A DNA stretch of 64,000 nucleotides from Candidatus Cloacimonadales bacterium (GTDB taxonomy: Bacteria > Cloacimonadota > Cloacimonadia > Cloacimonadales > JAFGVF01): positions 2,336,001-2,400,000 of the forward strand of contig OY782781.1 in the NCBI GenBank assembly GCA_963678315.1, written 5' to 3'. The position numbers and the translations under genes are program-made. The notes below the pieces were generated by a model that saw only the letters and a list, made by a program, of their open reading frames with translations, had not been told where the DNA came from and made no database searches. Positions 9,579 through 20,058 of the stretch are shown piece by piece. Position 1 is the first letter of the stretch. Every line of letters begins with the position of its first letter.

Positions 9579-10802
9579 ATGAATAAATGTACATACATTA
9601 GTAAAAGATATTTACGAGGTACTAAAGTTAGCTTAGCTGGAAATTACTGGCTAAGCTTGCTTGGTATTATTATCGGCGTTGCCTCACTCTTAATTGTAAT
9701 ATCTTTTATGAATGGCATGAACGACATTGTAATTGATAGATTTCTTTCAACTTACCCCAATATTAATGCATCAGCTGCTAGTTTCCCAGATGATTTTTTA
9801 AATGATGTAAGCAGTAATGAGTTAACTAATGTTCTGTCAAAATCAAATGAGGAAACACTTCTACTACTAGCTTGGAATAAACCCTCACTTGTTATGATGA
9901 AAGGATTAGAGCTTGATAAACTTCAGAACTCAATCCCACTCTTTTCTCCTCTTGATGAGAATAGTGATTCAAAATGTGGACTTTTATATTCTGTCAACCC
10001 CAACAAAGATTTTCCCAAAAATGGCATAATTGTAGGTCGTAACTTTTTATATAATCACCAGCTTACCTTAGGGGAAACACTAACCTTCCACTCTTTACAC
10101 AAGAGTAATTTCTCTTCTATAGGTAAAAGACCTTTTTCTAAAAGCTTTACTCTCGTTGGCGTCTATACAAATTCAATCCCTGAAATTGAAGATAATGTTA
10201 TATTCACTACTTATGATGACCTGTTACCTTTTACCAGCCCATCCACTGAAAACTACAACATATATCTAAACAACAATGAGGACACTAATAAACTTAAAAG
10301 TTATCTAGTAAAGAAATATCCTGAAGTTAATTTTGAAGATTGGAAAGATAGGAATAGAAATTTGTTTAGTGCAATGCAACTAGAAAAGTTAATAATGAAA
10401 GTAGTATTGACATTGATTATTATTTTATCCTCATTTAATCTTTCAGGCATCTTCTTAAAGAAAGTATCACATAAAAAGAAAGAATTAGGAATTTTACTCA
10501 CAATGGGATATACCAAACGTGAGATCACTTATATCTTCTTACTTCAAGGAGCTTATATCGGAGTTTTAGGTATTCTAGTTGGAAATATTCTTGCCTTTGT
10601 ATTATTAACATTGCAGATAAATTTCAACATTGTCCCTTTACCAGAATCATTAAGTGGTCAATTCAGCTCTCTCCCAATCAAAATGGAAGTAACTGAATTC
10701 TTATCTATTTCAGCAATTTCGTTAATTGTTTCTCTTATAAGCTCAATTATCCCAACTATTGAGATTAATAGATTAAATCCTATAGAAATTATCAAGAAAT
10801 AA
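9579..10802 (+). CDS. LolC/E-family lipoprotein-releasing ABC permease
   Basis: LLGIIIGVASLLIVISFMNG, LFSAMQLEK, KKKELGILLTMG; four-TM MacB/FtsX-like layout. Confidence 0.85.
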   Translation: MNKCTYISKRYLRGTKVSLAGNYWLSLLGIIIGVASLLIVISFMNGMNDIVIDRFLSTYPNINASAASFPDDFLNDVSSNELTNVLSKSNEETLLLLAWNKPSLVMMKGLELDKLQNSIPLFSPLDENSDSKCGLLYSVNPNKDFPKNGIIVGRNFLYNHQLTLGETLTFHSLHKSNFSSIGKRPFSKSFTLVGVYTNSIPEIEDNVIFTTYDDLLPFTSPSTENYNIYLNNNEDTNKLKSYLVKKYPEVNFEDWKDRNRNLFSAMQLEKLIMKVVLTLIIILSSFNLSGIFLKKVSHKKKELGILLTMGYTKREITYIFLLQGAYIGVLGILVGNILAFVLLTLQINFNIVPLPESLSGQFSSLPIKMEVTEFLSISAISLIVSLISSIIPTIEINRLNPIEIIKK

Positions 10803-10846
10803 CATTGTTTTTGTTATATTTTAGTATAGATACATACTTTGTCCCC

Positions 10847-10890
10847 AAGCCCCACCTGCATAAAAACCCGATTTAATGCAGGAGGCTTTT
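10847..10890 (+). terminator. Possible intrinsic terminator
   Basis: AAGCC..CCTGCAT / ATGCAGG..GGCTT imperfect stem followed by a short T run. Confidence 0.4.
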
Positions 10891-11119
10891 AAGGCTATAG
10901 TGTGTATTTAGACAGCTTCTAAATGTTTTTTATATAATTTTGGCATACTCTTTTAACATCTATTATACTGCTAAACAATAGCTTTAGGCATATTTCTAAT
11001 ATCAATAAAGCTTATTTAGCAATTTATTTTTTATTCTCTTAGAGAAACTGCTTGAAAAATAACTTGCCAAACAAATCTGACTTACAAATATTGGGAAAAA
11101 AATATCATGGAGTTATACT

Positions 11120-12208
11120 ATGGAAAGAATTCATAATTTTAATGCTGGTCCTTCAGTGTTACCAGAAGAAGTTTTAAGAGATGTTCAAGCTAACTTATTA
11201 AGCTACAAAGGTTATGGCTTGTCAGTAATGGAAATGTCTCACCGCTCAGCTGAATATCAACAAATCATTGATGATGCTACAGCTGCTGTAAAAAGATTAT
11301 ACAACTTAGGTGATGATTACGAAGTTTTATTCTTACAAGGCGGAGCTTCAACTCAATTCTTAATGGTTGCTATGAACTTAATTGCAGATGGTAAAGAAGG
11401 TAACTATATTAATACTGGTACTTGGTCAACAAAAGCTTTAAAAGAAGCTAAGAAAATCGGGAAAGGTATGAATGTTGCAGCGACTTCAGAAGACAATGCA
11501 TTTAGTTATATTCCAAGAGAATTTAACTTATCAGAAAACCCTGCATTCTTACACATTACAACTAATAATACAATCAGAGGAACTGAATATACTTTCGTAC
11601 CTGAAGTTCCTGCAAATGTTCCATTAGTTGCTGATATGTCTTCTAACTTTATGAGCAGACCTTATGATATTAGTAAATTTGATTTAATTTACGCGGGTGC
11701 TCAAAAGAATGTTGGTCCTGCAGGATGTACTGTTGTTATCATCAAAAAGACTTTAGTTGAAAAATTCAATGATAACTTACCTACTATGCTTGATTATAAA
11801 ACTCATATTGAAAAAGGTTCTATGTTTAACACTCCACCTGCTTTTGCAATTTATGTAATTGGTGAAGTTCTTAAATGGATCGAAGATTTCGGTGGCGTAG
11901 CAAAAATTGAAGAGCAAAACATTGCTAAAGCTAAGTTAATTTATGATGCTATTGATAATTCTAATGGCTTCTATAAAGGTGCTGTTTCTGTAAAAGAAGA
12001 TAGATCATTAATGAACATTACATTCACAATGGCTAATGCTGACTTAGAAAAGAAATTCATTGCTGAAGCAAAAGAATTAGGTATGATTGGTCTTAAAGGT
12101 CATAGAAGTGTTGGCGGTTGCCGTGCTTCTGTTTACAACTCATGTCCAGTTGCAAGCTGTATGGCTTTAGCAGACTTTATGAAAAAGTTTCAAGCTGAAA
12201 ATAGTTAA
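11120..12208 (+). CDS. serC: Phosphoserine aminotransferase
   Basis: NFNAGPS, EMSHRS, YAGAQKNVGPAG (PLP lysine), GHRSVGGCRAS. Confidence 0.96.
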   Translation: MERIHNFNAGPSVLPEEVLRDVQANLLSYKGYGLSVMEMSHRSAEYQQIIDDATAAVKRLYNLGDDYEVLFLQGGASTQFLMVAMNLIADGKEGNYINTGTWSTKALKEAKKIGKGMNVAATSEDNAFSYIPREFNLSENPAFLHITTNNTIRGTEYTFVPEVPANVPLVADMSSNFMSRPYDISKFDLIYAGAQKNVGPAGCTVVIIKKTLVEKFNDNLPTMLDYKTHIEKGSMFNTPPAFAIYVIGEVLKWIEDFGGVAKIEEQNIAKAKLIYDAIDNSNGFYKGAVSVKEDRSLMNITFTMANADLEKKFIAEAKELGMIGLKGHRSVGGCRASVYNSCPVASCMALADFMKKFQAENS

Positions 12209-12224
12209 TCAATAACATATTATT

Positions 12225-12254
12225 AATAGGAAGGGAATTACCCTTCCTATTTTT
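12225..12254 (+). terminator. Intrinsic terminator after serC
   Basis: AATAGGAAGGG-aatta-CCCTTCCTATT followed by T run. Confidence 0.8.
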
Positions 12255-12285
12255 GTCTAATAGAAATACTAGATAAAGGATTCAA

Positions 12286-12888
12286 ATGCTCTCAATAATA
12301 TTAAAAAATAAAAAAGTAGTCTTAGCCTCAGAATCTCCAAGAAGAAAAGAAATATTTAAAAATGTTGGTATCAACGCTTTACAAATGCCTTCAAATATTG
12401 ATGAACCTAATATAGACATTAGACCACATTTATTAGTAAAACACCATGCAGAAAATAAAGCTAAAGCTGTTGCTAGTCATCTTGATGATAAATGTGTTAT
12501 TATTGGTTCTGATACACTAGTATTCTTCGAAGACAAAGTCTTAGGAAAACCAAAAAACAAATACGAGGCTTATTCACACTTAAGAATGTTATCAGGGAAA
12601 AAGCACTCTGTTTATACAGGTGTAGCGATTATCTACAAGAAGCAACTTGTTTCATTCTATGAAAAGACAATCGTTGAATTTGATGATTTATCAGATAAAG
12701 TAATCGACCAATACATTGAGACTGGAGATTGTTTTGATAAAGCTGGTGGATATGGTATTCAAGGAATTAGCAGTCAATTTATTAAGAAAATTAATGGATG
12801 CTATTTTAATGTGATGGGATTTCCTATTAATAAGTTTGCTAGAGAACTAAAAAAATTACTTATAGAAGTTGATAATGAAAATATTTAA
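12286..12888 (+). CDS. maf: Maf-family nucleoside triphosphate pyrophosphatase
   Basis: LASESPRR, GSDT, LGKP, DKAGGYGIQG. Confidence 0.93.
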   Translation: MLSIILKNKKVVLASESPRRKEIFKNVGINALQMPSNIDEPNIDIRPHLLVKHHAENKAKAVASHLDDKCVIIGSDTLVFFEDKVLGKPKNKYEAYSHLRMLSGKKHSVYTGVAIIYKKQLVSFYEKTIVEFDDLSDKVIDQYIETGDCFDKAGGYGIQGISSQFIKKINGCYFNVMGFPINKFARELKKLLIEVDNENI

Positions 12889-14353
12889 GAATTGCATAAT
12901 TTATAGTTTAGATCCTTCTAATAATATATATGATTCTGTTTTAGTCGATCAAGGAAAAATCGTTAAATTAAATCTTTCAATTAATGAGATTAATAGTCTA
13001 GACTGTGAGACAATTGATTTAGACGGTTATACGCTTTTCCCTGGGTTTACTGATTCACACACCCACTCTTTCGAAGGTGGATTATACAGTATGGGGGCGA
13101 ATTTATCAGATTGTAGAACTATCGATGAAGTCCTTCAAAAGATTAGTCAATCGCAAGTTATTGGTGGCTACAAATTTGCATATAGTTTAGATGAAAATAG
13201 CTTAAAGGAACACCGATTCCCTAGCAGGGATGAACTCGACAAGGTTTGTCCTAATAATCCTCTATTACTACGCAGAGTTGATGGGCATTCTTGTGTAATA
13301 AACTCAAAAGCAATTGAGATAATTAACTTTAAAAAGAAGCTTAACGATAATTTTAATGGTTTTCTTAATAAAGAACTTAACGATTTAGCTGCACATACTT
13401 TCCACAATACACTCACAGATGAAGCTATTATAAGTGCTTATACAGCTGCTAATAAAATAGCAATAACTAGTGGACTCACGACTGTTCATACTATGATTGG
13501 GGATGCGCAATATAGTTTCAACCACTATCCTTTAATCAAAAATTCTTTGAATAATTTCACCATAGATTTTGAGTTATACCCTCAGTTTTTTGATGTAAAA
13601 AAAGCAGTAGAACATGGTGCAAGTAGAATAGGCGGATGTATACTTGCTGACGGATCATTTGGTTCTTATACTGCAGCTCTATCTCAACCATATAAAAATA
13701 CTGACAACATTGGTTCATTATATCAGAGTGACCAATTTTGGGATGACTTTGTATTAGAAGCCCATAAGAATAACCTTCAAGTAGGAGTTCATTGCATTGG
13801 TGATAGAGCTATAGATCAAATTGCAAGATCTTATGCAAAAGCTCAACAGAAAGCCCCCAAAGACCTAAGACATCAGATAATTCATAACGAATTAATGAGT
13901 GATGATACTTTAAAGTTGATGAAAGAAAATAACATCTCTGCAGTTATGCAACCTATGTTTGATAAGCTTTGGGGTGGTAAAAATGGATTTTATAAGCAAG
14001 TTCTTGGTGAAGAACGAGCATTAGCAACTAACCGATTTAAAACTATCAGCGATTCAGGAATACTATTAACTGGATCTTCTGATTGGTATATAACCACTTT
14101 AAATATCTTAGAACAGCTTGATGCGGCTGTTAACATTCATAATCCAGAGCAAAGACTATCTGTATATGAAGCATTGAAGATTTACACCAATAACTCAGCC
14201 AAACTAGCCCATAATGAAGCTAATAAAGGTTCTATCGAAGTTAATAAAATTGCTGATTTTACTATTCTTAAAAGCGATCCAATCAAGAGAAACACATTTA
14301 AGAACAATCAAATTGTAGGTGTAATCAAATCTGGAGAATTAATATTTGTTTAA
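12875..14353 (+). CDS. Metal-dependent amidohydrolase (amidohydrolase_3/YtcJ-like)
   Basis: PGFTDSHTH, DGH, ADGSFGSYTA, HCIGDRA, SSD. Confidence 0.88.
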   Translation: MKIFKNCIIYSLDPSNNIYDSVLVDQGKIVKLNLSINEINSLDCETIDLDGYTLFPGFTDSHTHSFEGGLYSMGANLSDCRTIDEVLQKISQSQVIGGYKFAYSLDENSLKEHRFPSRDELDKVCPNNPLLLRRVDGHSCVINSKAIEIINFKKKLNDNFNGFLNKELNDLAAHTFHNTLTDEAIISAYTAANKIAITSGLTTVHTMIGDAQYSFNHYPLIKNSLNNFTIDFELYPQFFDVKKAVEHGASRIGGCILADGSFGSYTAALSQPYKNTDNIGSLYQSDQFWDDFVLEAHKNNLQVGVHCIGDRAIDQIARSYAKAQQKAPKDLRHQIIHNELMSDDTLKLMKENNISAVMQPMFDKLWGGKNGFYKQVLGEERALATNRFKTISDSGILLTGSSDWYITTLNILEQLDAAVNIHNPEQRLSVYEALKIYTNNSAKLAHNEANKGSIEVNKIADFTILKSDPIKRNTFKNNQIVGVIKSGELIFV

Positions 14354-14837
14354 TCAACCAAGAGCTAAGTATCTAATAGATCAAGAAATAGACCTATTTC
14401 CTGAAGCAACTCTACAAGATATATACAAATTATTCTACCAAGCAATCTTTGGAACTTCTCATTTCATAGACTCTAAAGACAAAGCAAAGCAGATGTTAGA
14501 AAACGAGCTTTTAAAATTAGATACAAATGTTTACCCCTTAGAATTAGATATTTCTTATGTTCTGAATATTAAGAGAGTTAGTCTCTACAATATTATACTT
14601 AAGAAAATTTCAACTGATCGATTACTAAATAATTTTATTGCTATGAGTAGTAAAAAGCAAATCTTTACTAATGCTGTTTGGATTAAAGAATGGCAAGAGA
14701 TTAAGCAGTTGACATGTGACCTATACCCTAGTATAACTCAAAATGTTAATGTAGCTATAGATACTAACACCCAGTTACACCATAGTCAACAATATAGGGA
14801 ACACTACCAACCACACTATAGACTAAATGGATTTTAA
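14346..14837 (+). CDS. Hypothetical protein
   Basis: Overlaps or abuts both neighbours; contains QDIYKLFYQAIFG and HHSQQYREHYQPHYR blocks that look conserved. Confidence 0.7.
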   Translation: MFNQPRAKYLIDQEIDLFPEATLQDIYKLFYQAIFGTSHFIDSKDKAKQMLENELLKLDTNVYPLELDISYVLNIKRVSLYNIILKKISTDRLLNNFIAMSSKKQIFTNAVWIKEWQEIKQLTCDLYPSITQNVNVAIDTNTQLHHSQQYREHYQPHYRLNGF

Positions 14838-15743
14838 ATGAGAATAGAAAATCATGTTAACCTACTATCTCAAAAATGGAAACAAGAGTATGGGTGTAAA
14901 GTAATAAAAATATGTTTATCAATGGGAATTGAATGCCCCAATAGAAGGAATGGTGGCTGTATATTCTGTCAACCATTATCATTCATTAAGGATAATCCTG
15001 TTGAAAACAAAATACCATTGAAATTACAAATAGAAAGTGCACTTGATTATTCTAAGAAACACAACCATCAAGATGTAAAGTATATAGCTTACTTTCAAGA
15101 TGAAACTTCTACAGCAACTTCTATCGATAATTTGAAAGCAACAATAGACACTATTCTAGAATATAATTGCTTTGAAGAGATAATATTCTCTACTAGACCT
15201 GATTATGTAAATGATCAAGTAATTAGACTCTTTGCAGAGTTTAAAATTAAAATATCAATCGAACTTGGAATTCAAACTATTCATGAAAAATCATTATCTT
15301 TGTTAAACAGAAATCACACACACATTGACACTATTAATGCCTTGGATATATGTTCAAAATATAAAATTCCTGTTGGAGTTCACTTAATTATTGGAATTCC
15401 TAATGAAAAATTAGCTCAAATTTTAGAAACTATTGATTTTGTTAATAATACAACTGTAATAAAAGACATCAAGTTCCACAATTTAGTTATTTACAAAGGA
15501 ACTAAGCTAGCAAGCTTGGCTGATTCTTTTGATTTTATGACTTATGATGAATATATAAATACTTTAGGACAAGTCATATCCCATTTAGATACTAGTAAGA
15601 CTGTTTCAAGACTATTTACATCTAATGTTAATAAAAGTAATCTAGCCATTAACCCTTTTCCTAAATTCAAAACATCTTGGTTAAAAGACCTATGGATATT
15701 GTTGAAAAACAAGAATATTATCCAAGGCTCAAACTTAAAGTAA
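14838..15743 (+). CDS. YhcC/TIGR01212-like radical SAM protein
   Basis: CPNRRNGGCIFC, AYFQ, STRPD, ELGIQT, NRNH. Confidence 0.85.
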   Translation: MRIENHVNLLSQKWKQEYGCKVIKICLSMGIECPNRRNGGCIFCQPLSFIKDNPVENKIPLKLQIESALDYSKKHNHQDVKYIAYFQDETSTATSIDNLKATIDTILEYNCFEEIIFSTRPDYVNDQVIRLFAEFKIKISIELGIQTIHEKSLSLLNRNHTHIDTINALDICSKYKIPVGVHLIIGIPNEKLAQILETIDFVNNTTVIKDIKFHNLVIYKGTKLASLADSFDFMTYDEYINTLGQVISHLDTSKTVSRLFTSNVNKSNLAINPFPKFKTSWLKDLWILLKNKNIIQGSNLK

Positions 15744-15785
15744 CTAAACAATTTCATTTGTTATGAAATATTATTAATAAATTGC

Positions 15786-15814
15786 TTTACAAACAGAATA
15801 ACTTATTATAAAAT
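15786..15814 (+). promoter_or_regulatory. Putative sigma70 promoter for the HhH-barrel operon
   Basis: TTTACA-17 bp-TAAAAT, 41 bp upstream of ATG 15856. Confidence 0.5.
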
Positions 15815-15855
15815 GTATATAAAACGTAAGAATAATAAAAATAATAGGATACCAT

Positions 15856-18570
15856 ATGAAAAAAAAACTTATTGTATTATTATTTCTAATTGTCTGTTTT
15901 TATGCACAGGCACTTATTGATCTAAACACGGCGTCCTACGAAGAGTTGAAAACTCTTCCGATTACACAGAAACAAGCTAAAGATATCTACGAATATAGAG
16001 AGTTCGTAAGTTTCTTTAAAAGTATTTTTGATTTAAGGAATATTGATTCTGTAGATCAAGAAACTCTACTCGAAATTAGGCCACTTGTTAAAGTCAGCCA
16101 TTATACTGATGTTGACGAAACTGCTCAAAGAAGAGAAGAAATCGGATATCTACTTGAAAGATTAGGTAACAGTGAAGGTTCTTCTGAGGGTATGAATGAC
16201 ATCTGGCAAGATTTCTTAATGTCACCTCAAAATATAAATTCCATGCTTTATGAAGATCTCATTAGTATTCCTAATGTGTCTTCAGTTGACGCTGTTGCTA
16301 TTCTCAATAGAAGAGCAATGGGTGATTCATTAAAGAGTGTTAGAGATATTAGAACATCTCAAGGTATTTCATATTATGGTTATTCAAATTTAAAACACTA
16401 TGTATTCTTTGAAGATCCTAAAGAAAATCGCAGAATGTTTGTAGATTATCAATTTAAAGCTGAATCTCAAAACTTTGAAGATGATGCAATTGACATGTAC
16501 AAGCAACCTATGCTAAGAGATACTTACCAAGTTGATTATGATGATTTAACTGACATCCAAAATGAATATCGACGCAAAGATAATTCTTATTGGGGTTACT
16601 TTAATCTAGGAGCTTACAGCCCTGCTGTTACTAATAAATTAAGAGTTAGATATGGTAATCAATTTAAATTTGGTATGATGAATTATTCAGGTAAATCTCT
16701 ACCATCTATGACTGAACAAGATTGGAATACTGTTCGTGATGATAGCAAATATTATGCAGGTTATGAAGATAGTTTCAGGCTTAATAGTCTAGGTTTAGGT
16801 AATGTATTTATCAAGTCATATCTTGGTAATTACAGAGCAACTTATGGTGAAGGTCTTGTAATGGAAAACACAGACTTCTACTCACCTAGAAAGACAGGAC
16901 ATGGCTTCTCAAAAAGAATCTTGGGTATTACACCAGATCTTTCTAAAACTCAAGAATACGCTCTCAAAGGTGGTGCTGTTGAATTAAAGAATAATTATTT
17001 CACAGCTAGCATGTTCTATTCAAAAGATAAGAAAGATGCATTAGTTTACATGGAAAGAGTTGAAGATGAAGACGGTAATGTTCACTCTGTTCCAGTAAAA
17101 GATGAAAATGGTAACTACAAAGTATTCTCATATATAAACTCAACAGTAAGATTTGATAATGAAGATTTAGCTGAAGCTGAAGTTCACTTAAATAATGAGA
17201 CATCAATAACAGGTCCTACTTATAATGGTGGCACTACTGGTTATAATATTGATTATATAAATCTTGCACCAAGAAGAGATATCATGAATGAAGAGATACT
17301 TGGAACACATTTACAAGTAAATCCATTTATTGGCACTCATATAGGTTTTACTACTTATACAGCTGTTTATGATAATGCCGAATTCATGGTTCCTGAGGGT
17401 CAGGATTTGATTTCATTACTATTAAGAGATGAATCAACTTACGATAAATGGAAACTTCCTAGTAACGAAATCGAAGCTATGTATTCTACAAAAACGGATT
17501 CTTATGACAAAGATTATAGAAGAGTTATTGGTTTTGATGCTGGTACTGTAATTAATAATGTAGCTATTGATGGTGAGTATGCTGAGTTATCAGTTGACGG
17601 CGATGATATGAAACTAGGTGATGATCCTAAAGCTTATATAGCTAAAGCGCATACTCAATACAACAATGTTTATTTCTTAACTCTTTATCGTCATTATGAC
17701 TTAGATTTCGACAATCCTTATTCAAATGCTTTTGCAGAACATAATAGATATGATGATACAGCTTTTGATAAGATTACTTACGGAATGACTAACCCTCTAA
17801 TCTCAGATGTTTACTACAACTCTTCTCAAGCTCAAGCAGAAGAAGGTGTCTACTTTGAGACTAGATATCAGTTCCATAGAAACTTCATTCTTGGTAGAAC
17901 TTATTTAGATATTTGGGAAAGACTTTCAGATGCTAGAAATAGTGTTAGATTCCAAAGTGAACTCGAATACAGAGCTTTCCATCAACTAAGGTTTAAACTT
18001 AAATATAAAAACCAAACAAATAGATATGCTGATGATGCTGATAGAGGTGTTTCTAAAACACAAGAATATACTCTTTCTGCTAGAATGCTTCTATCTAATA
18101 GAGATTACTTAGATATTGAGTATAGATATAACACAGTAAAATCTCCTCCTTATGTATCACTTACTAATCCTGTCCAAGAAGGCGACAACTCTCACGCTCA
18201 AGCTATGACTTTAATGAATGGTGACTATATTGCAGCAAATTATACTCACTACTTCAGCCCTAAGCTAAAAGTACGTGGATCTGTGTGCTTCTGGAATGGT
18301 TATGATTTATCACATTGGGACTGGGAAGATGTTGAACTTGACTTCATGGGAGACAGAGGATTTAAATACTGGTTCTCAATTCAAGATCAAGTATCTGAAA
18401 ATATCTATGTTGCTTTTAAATACAAAAACAAATTTTATCGTACTCAAGAAATGTTTATAAGAAAATATAACAGTACAGATGATCCTTCTCTTGATGGTAT
18501 GCAAACATATTATGACAGAGTAGAGAAAAAAGACCATACATTTAGAATACAAATAGACTATAGATTTTAA
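15856..18570 (+). CDS. Exported protein with two ComEA-like helix-hairpin-helix domains and a predicted C-terminal outer-membrane beta-barrel
   Basis: Signal peptide. LIDLNTASYEELKTLP...FKSIFDLRNI and NINSMLYEDLISIP...LKSVRDI repeats. Amphipathic aromatic-rich strands. Ends FRIQIDYRF (OMP C-terminal Phe signature). Confidence 0.8.
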   Translation: MKKKLIVLLFLIVCFYAQALIDLNTASYEELKTLPITQKQAKDIYEYREFVSFFKSIFDLRNIDSVDQETLLEIRPLVKVSHYTDVDETAQRREEIGYLLERLGNSEGSSEGMNDIWQDFLMSPQNINSMLYEDLISIPNVSSVDAVAILNRRAMGDSLKSVRDIRTSQGISYYGYSNLKHYVFFEDPKENRRMFVDYQFKAESQNFEDDAIDMYKQPMLRDTYQVDYDDLTDIQNEYRRKDNSYWGYFNLGAYSPAVTNKLRVRYGNQFKFGMMNYSGKSLPSMTEQDWNTVRDDSKYYAGYEDSFRLNSLGLGNVFIKSYLGNYRATYGEGLVMENTDFYSPRKTGHGFSKRILGITPDLSKTQEYALKGGAVELKNNYFTASMFYSKDKKDALVYMERVEDEDGNVHSVPVKDENGNYKVFSYINSTVRFDNEDLAEAEVHLNNETSITGPTYNGGTTGYNIDYINLAPRRDIMNEEILGTHLQVNPFIGTHIGFTTYTAVYDNAEFMVPEGQDLISLLLRDESTYDKWKLPSNEIEAMYSTKTDSYDKDYRRVIGFDAGTVINNVAIDGEYAELSVDGDDMKLGDDPKAYIAKAHTQYNNVYFLTLYRHYDLDFDNPYSNAFAEHNRYDDTAFDKITYGMTNPLISDVYYNSSQAQAEEGVYFETRYQFHRNFILGRTYLDIWERLSDARNSVRFQSELEYRAFHQLRFKLKYKNQTNRYADDADRGVSKTQEYTLSARMLLSNRDYLDIEYRYNTVKSPPYVSLTNPVQEGDNSHAQAMTLMNGDYIAANYTHYFSPKLKVRGSVCFWNGYDLSHWDWEDVELDFMGDRGFKYWFSIQDQVSENIYVAFKYKNKFYRTQEMFIRKYNSTDDPSLDGMQTYYDRVEKKDHTFRIQIDYRF

Positions 18571-18582
18571 TGGAGGATTGTA

Positions 18583-20034
18583 ATGATAAAGAAGATTCTA
18601 GTTTTATTAATAATATTAATTGTGGGAAGCTTAAGTGCTTATTCGCTTAGTCAATATGCTTACGGAACAAGAGCTCAAGCATTTGACGCTACTTCTTATG
18701 GAATGGCTAATACAGGTGCAGCAGGTTCTAATTCTCCATTAGGCATAGCCTTAAATGCTAACAATCTATTTACCCAAAAAGGAGATATTGGCTTTCAAGT
18801 AAGTTCTTCTGTTCTTAAAAATGAAGAAAAACGTTCATTCCCAATGTACGATTCATTTGATTCTTACTTTAATGAATCAACTTATATTTCTAATGAAAAC
18901 TTGTATTTCAACCTTGGGGTAGCAACTTATGCAAAATATAAATTACAAAGTGATATGTATCTTGGAATGGGTGTTTACTACCAACCTAAATACATTTTTG
19001 ATGCTGACTATTTAGAAGAAGTTAGAAACAATCGTAATTCAGATGATGATGGTTACCCTGAAAAAATAGCAGAGAATAGTATCAACAATGAAGGTTCTCT
19101 TGACGCTTTTGGTTTAGCTTTCGCATACAAGCTTGAAGCAAATGTTCCTTATCTAAAATCACTTGCTCTTGGTGCAAATATAGAGATGTTAGATGGAAAT
19201 GCAGATAATGAAACTGAAGTATTTTGGACTAATTGGGCTCATGAAACAGCTGGTTATGGTAGCTTACCTAACTATAAAAACACTATTTCTAGAGACCTAT
19301 CAGGAATAAATATTCAAGCTAATTTAACTTACGAAATTAACCACAGAACTTCATTCGCTTTTTCTTATACTCCTTCAACAGAGATTGAAGTAGATGGAAC
19401 CTATGAACGCGAGTTATATACTACTTACGAAGATAGCTTACATACTCTAGAGCTTCCTATGTCTTTACAAGATACTGTAATGTCAAACTTCTATATGAAT
19501 AACTACGACTTACCTTCATCAATGAGATTTGCTCTTCAATTCAGACCTAGAAATATCTTAAGAACTGTTATTAACTTTGAAATTGAAGCAGTTAATTGGT
19601 CTGATACTAATGACTTGTTTGATGATGAATTCAATTACTATGTTGGTGCTGAACATCAAATTATTGAAACAGTACCTGTGAGAATTGGTTTTAGCCAAAC
19701 AACTTCTTATATGGTTAGTTTTGAAAGTGATGTAGTTAATGAAGGTACAGCTGATGAAGAAGATGTTGTCTATACCTACGCTACTAGAATTCAAACTCCT
19801 GCAGTTTCTATAGGCTCAGGTTTCGAATTCTCTGAAAAAGTAAGAATGGATCTTGGTCTTAAATATTCTTTCACTGAATACGAGACTTTAGACCTTTTCC
19901 CAGACACTTTCTACGATTATTCTGCTTTATGGCCTAATAGTCATATTGATCTACAAGATAGAGATTGGACTAATCCTGACACTGTAAAAGAAAATACATT
20001 TGATTTAATGATGTCGTTAACTTATGACTTTTAA
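18583..20034 (+). CDS. Outer-membrane beta-barrel protein (FadL/PorV-like N-terminus)
   Basis: Signal peptide; DATSYGMANTG...ALNANNL resembles the FadL-family AxxxGMG...NPA motif; ends MSLTYDF. Confidence 0.7.
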   Translation: MIKKILVLLIILIVGSLSAYSLSQYAYGTRAQAFDATSYGMANTGAAGSNSPLGIALNANNLFTQKGDIGFQVSSSVLKNEEKRSFPMYDSFDSYFNESTYISNENLYFNLGVATYAKYKLQSDMYLGMGVYYQPKYIFDADYLEEVRNNRNSDDDGYPEKIAENSINNEGSLDAFGLAFAYKLEANVPYLKSLALGANIEMLDGNADNETEVFWTNWAHETAGYGSLPNYKNTISRDLSGINIQANLTYEINHRTSFAFSYTPSTEIEVDGTYERELYTTYEDSLHTLELPMSLQDTVMSNFYMNNYDLPSSMRFALQFRPRNILRTVINFEIEAVNWSDTNDLFDDEFNYYVGAEHQIIETVPVRIGFSQTTSYMVSFESDVVNEGTADEEDVVYTYATRIQTPAVSIGSGFEFSEKVRMDLGLKYSFTEYETLDLFPDTFYDYSALWPNSHIDLQDRDWTNPDTVKENTFDLMMSLTYDF

Positions 20035-20058
20035 TCAATAACCCAAATGGTGACACAT

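Noticed and set aside
10802..11120. Riboswitch upstream of serC
   Set aside because: Only a terminator-like hairpin and AT-rich sequence are present, with no recognisable aptamer consensus.
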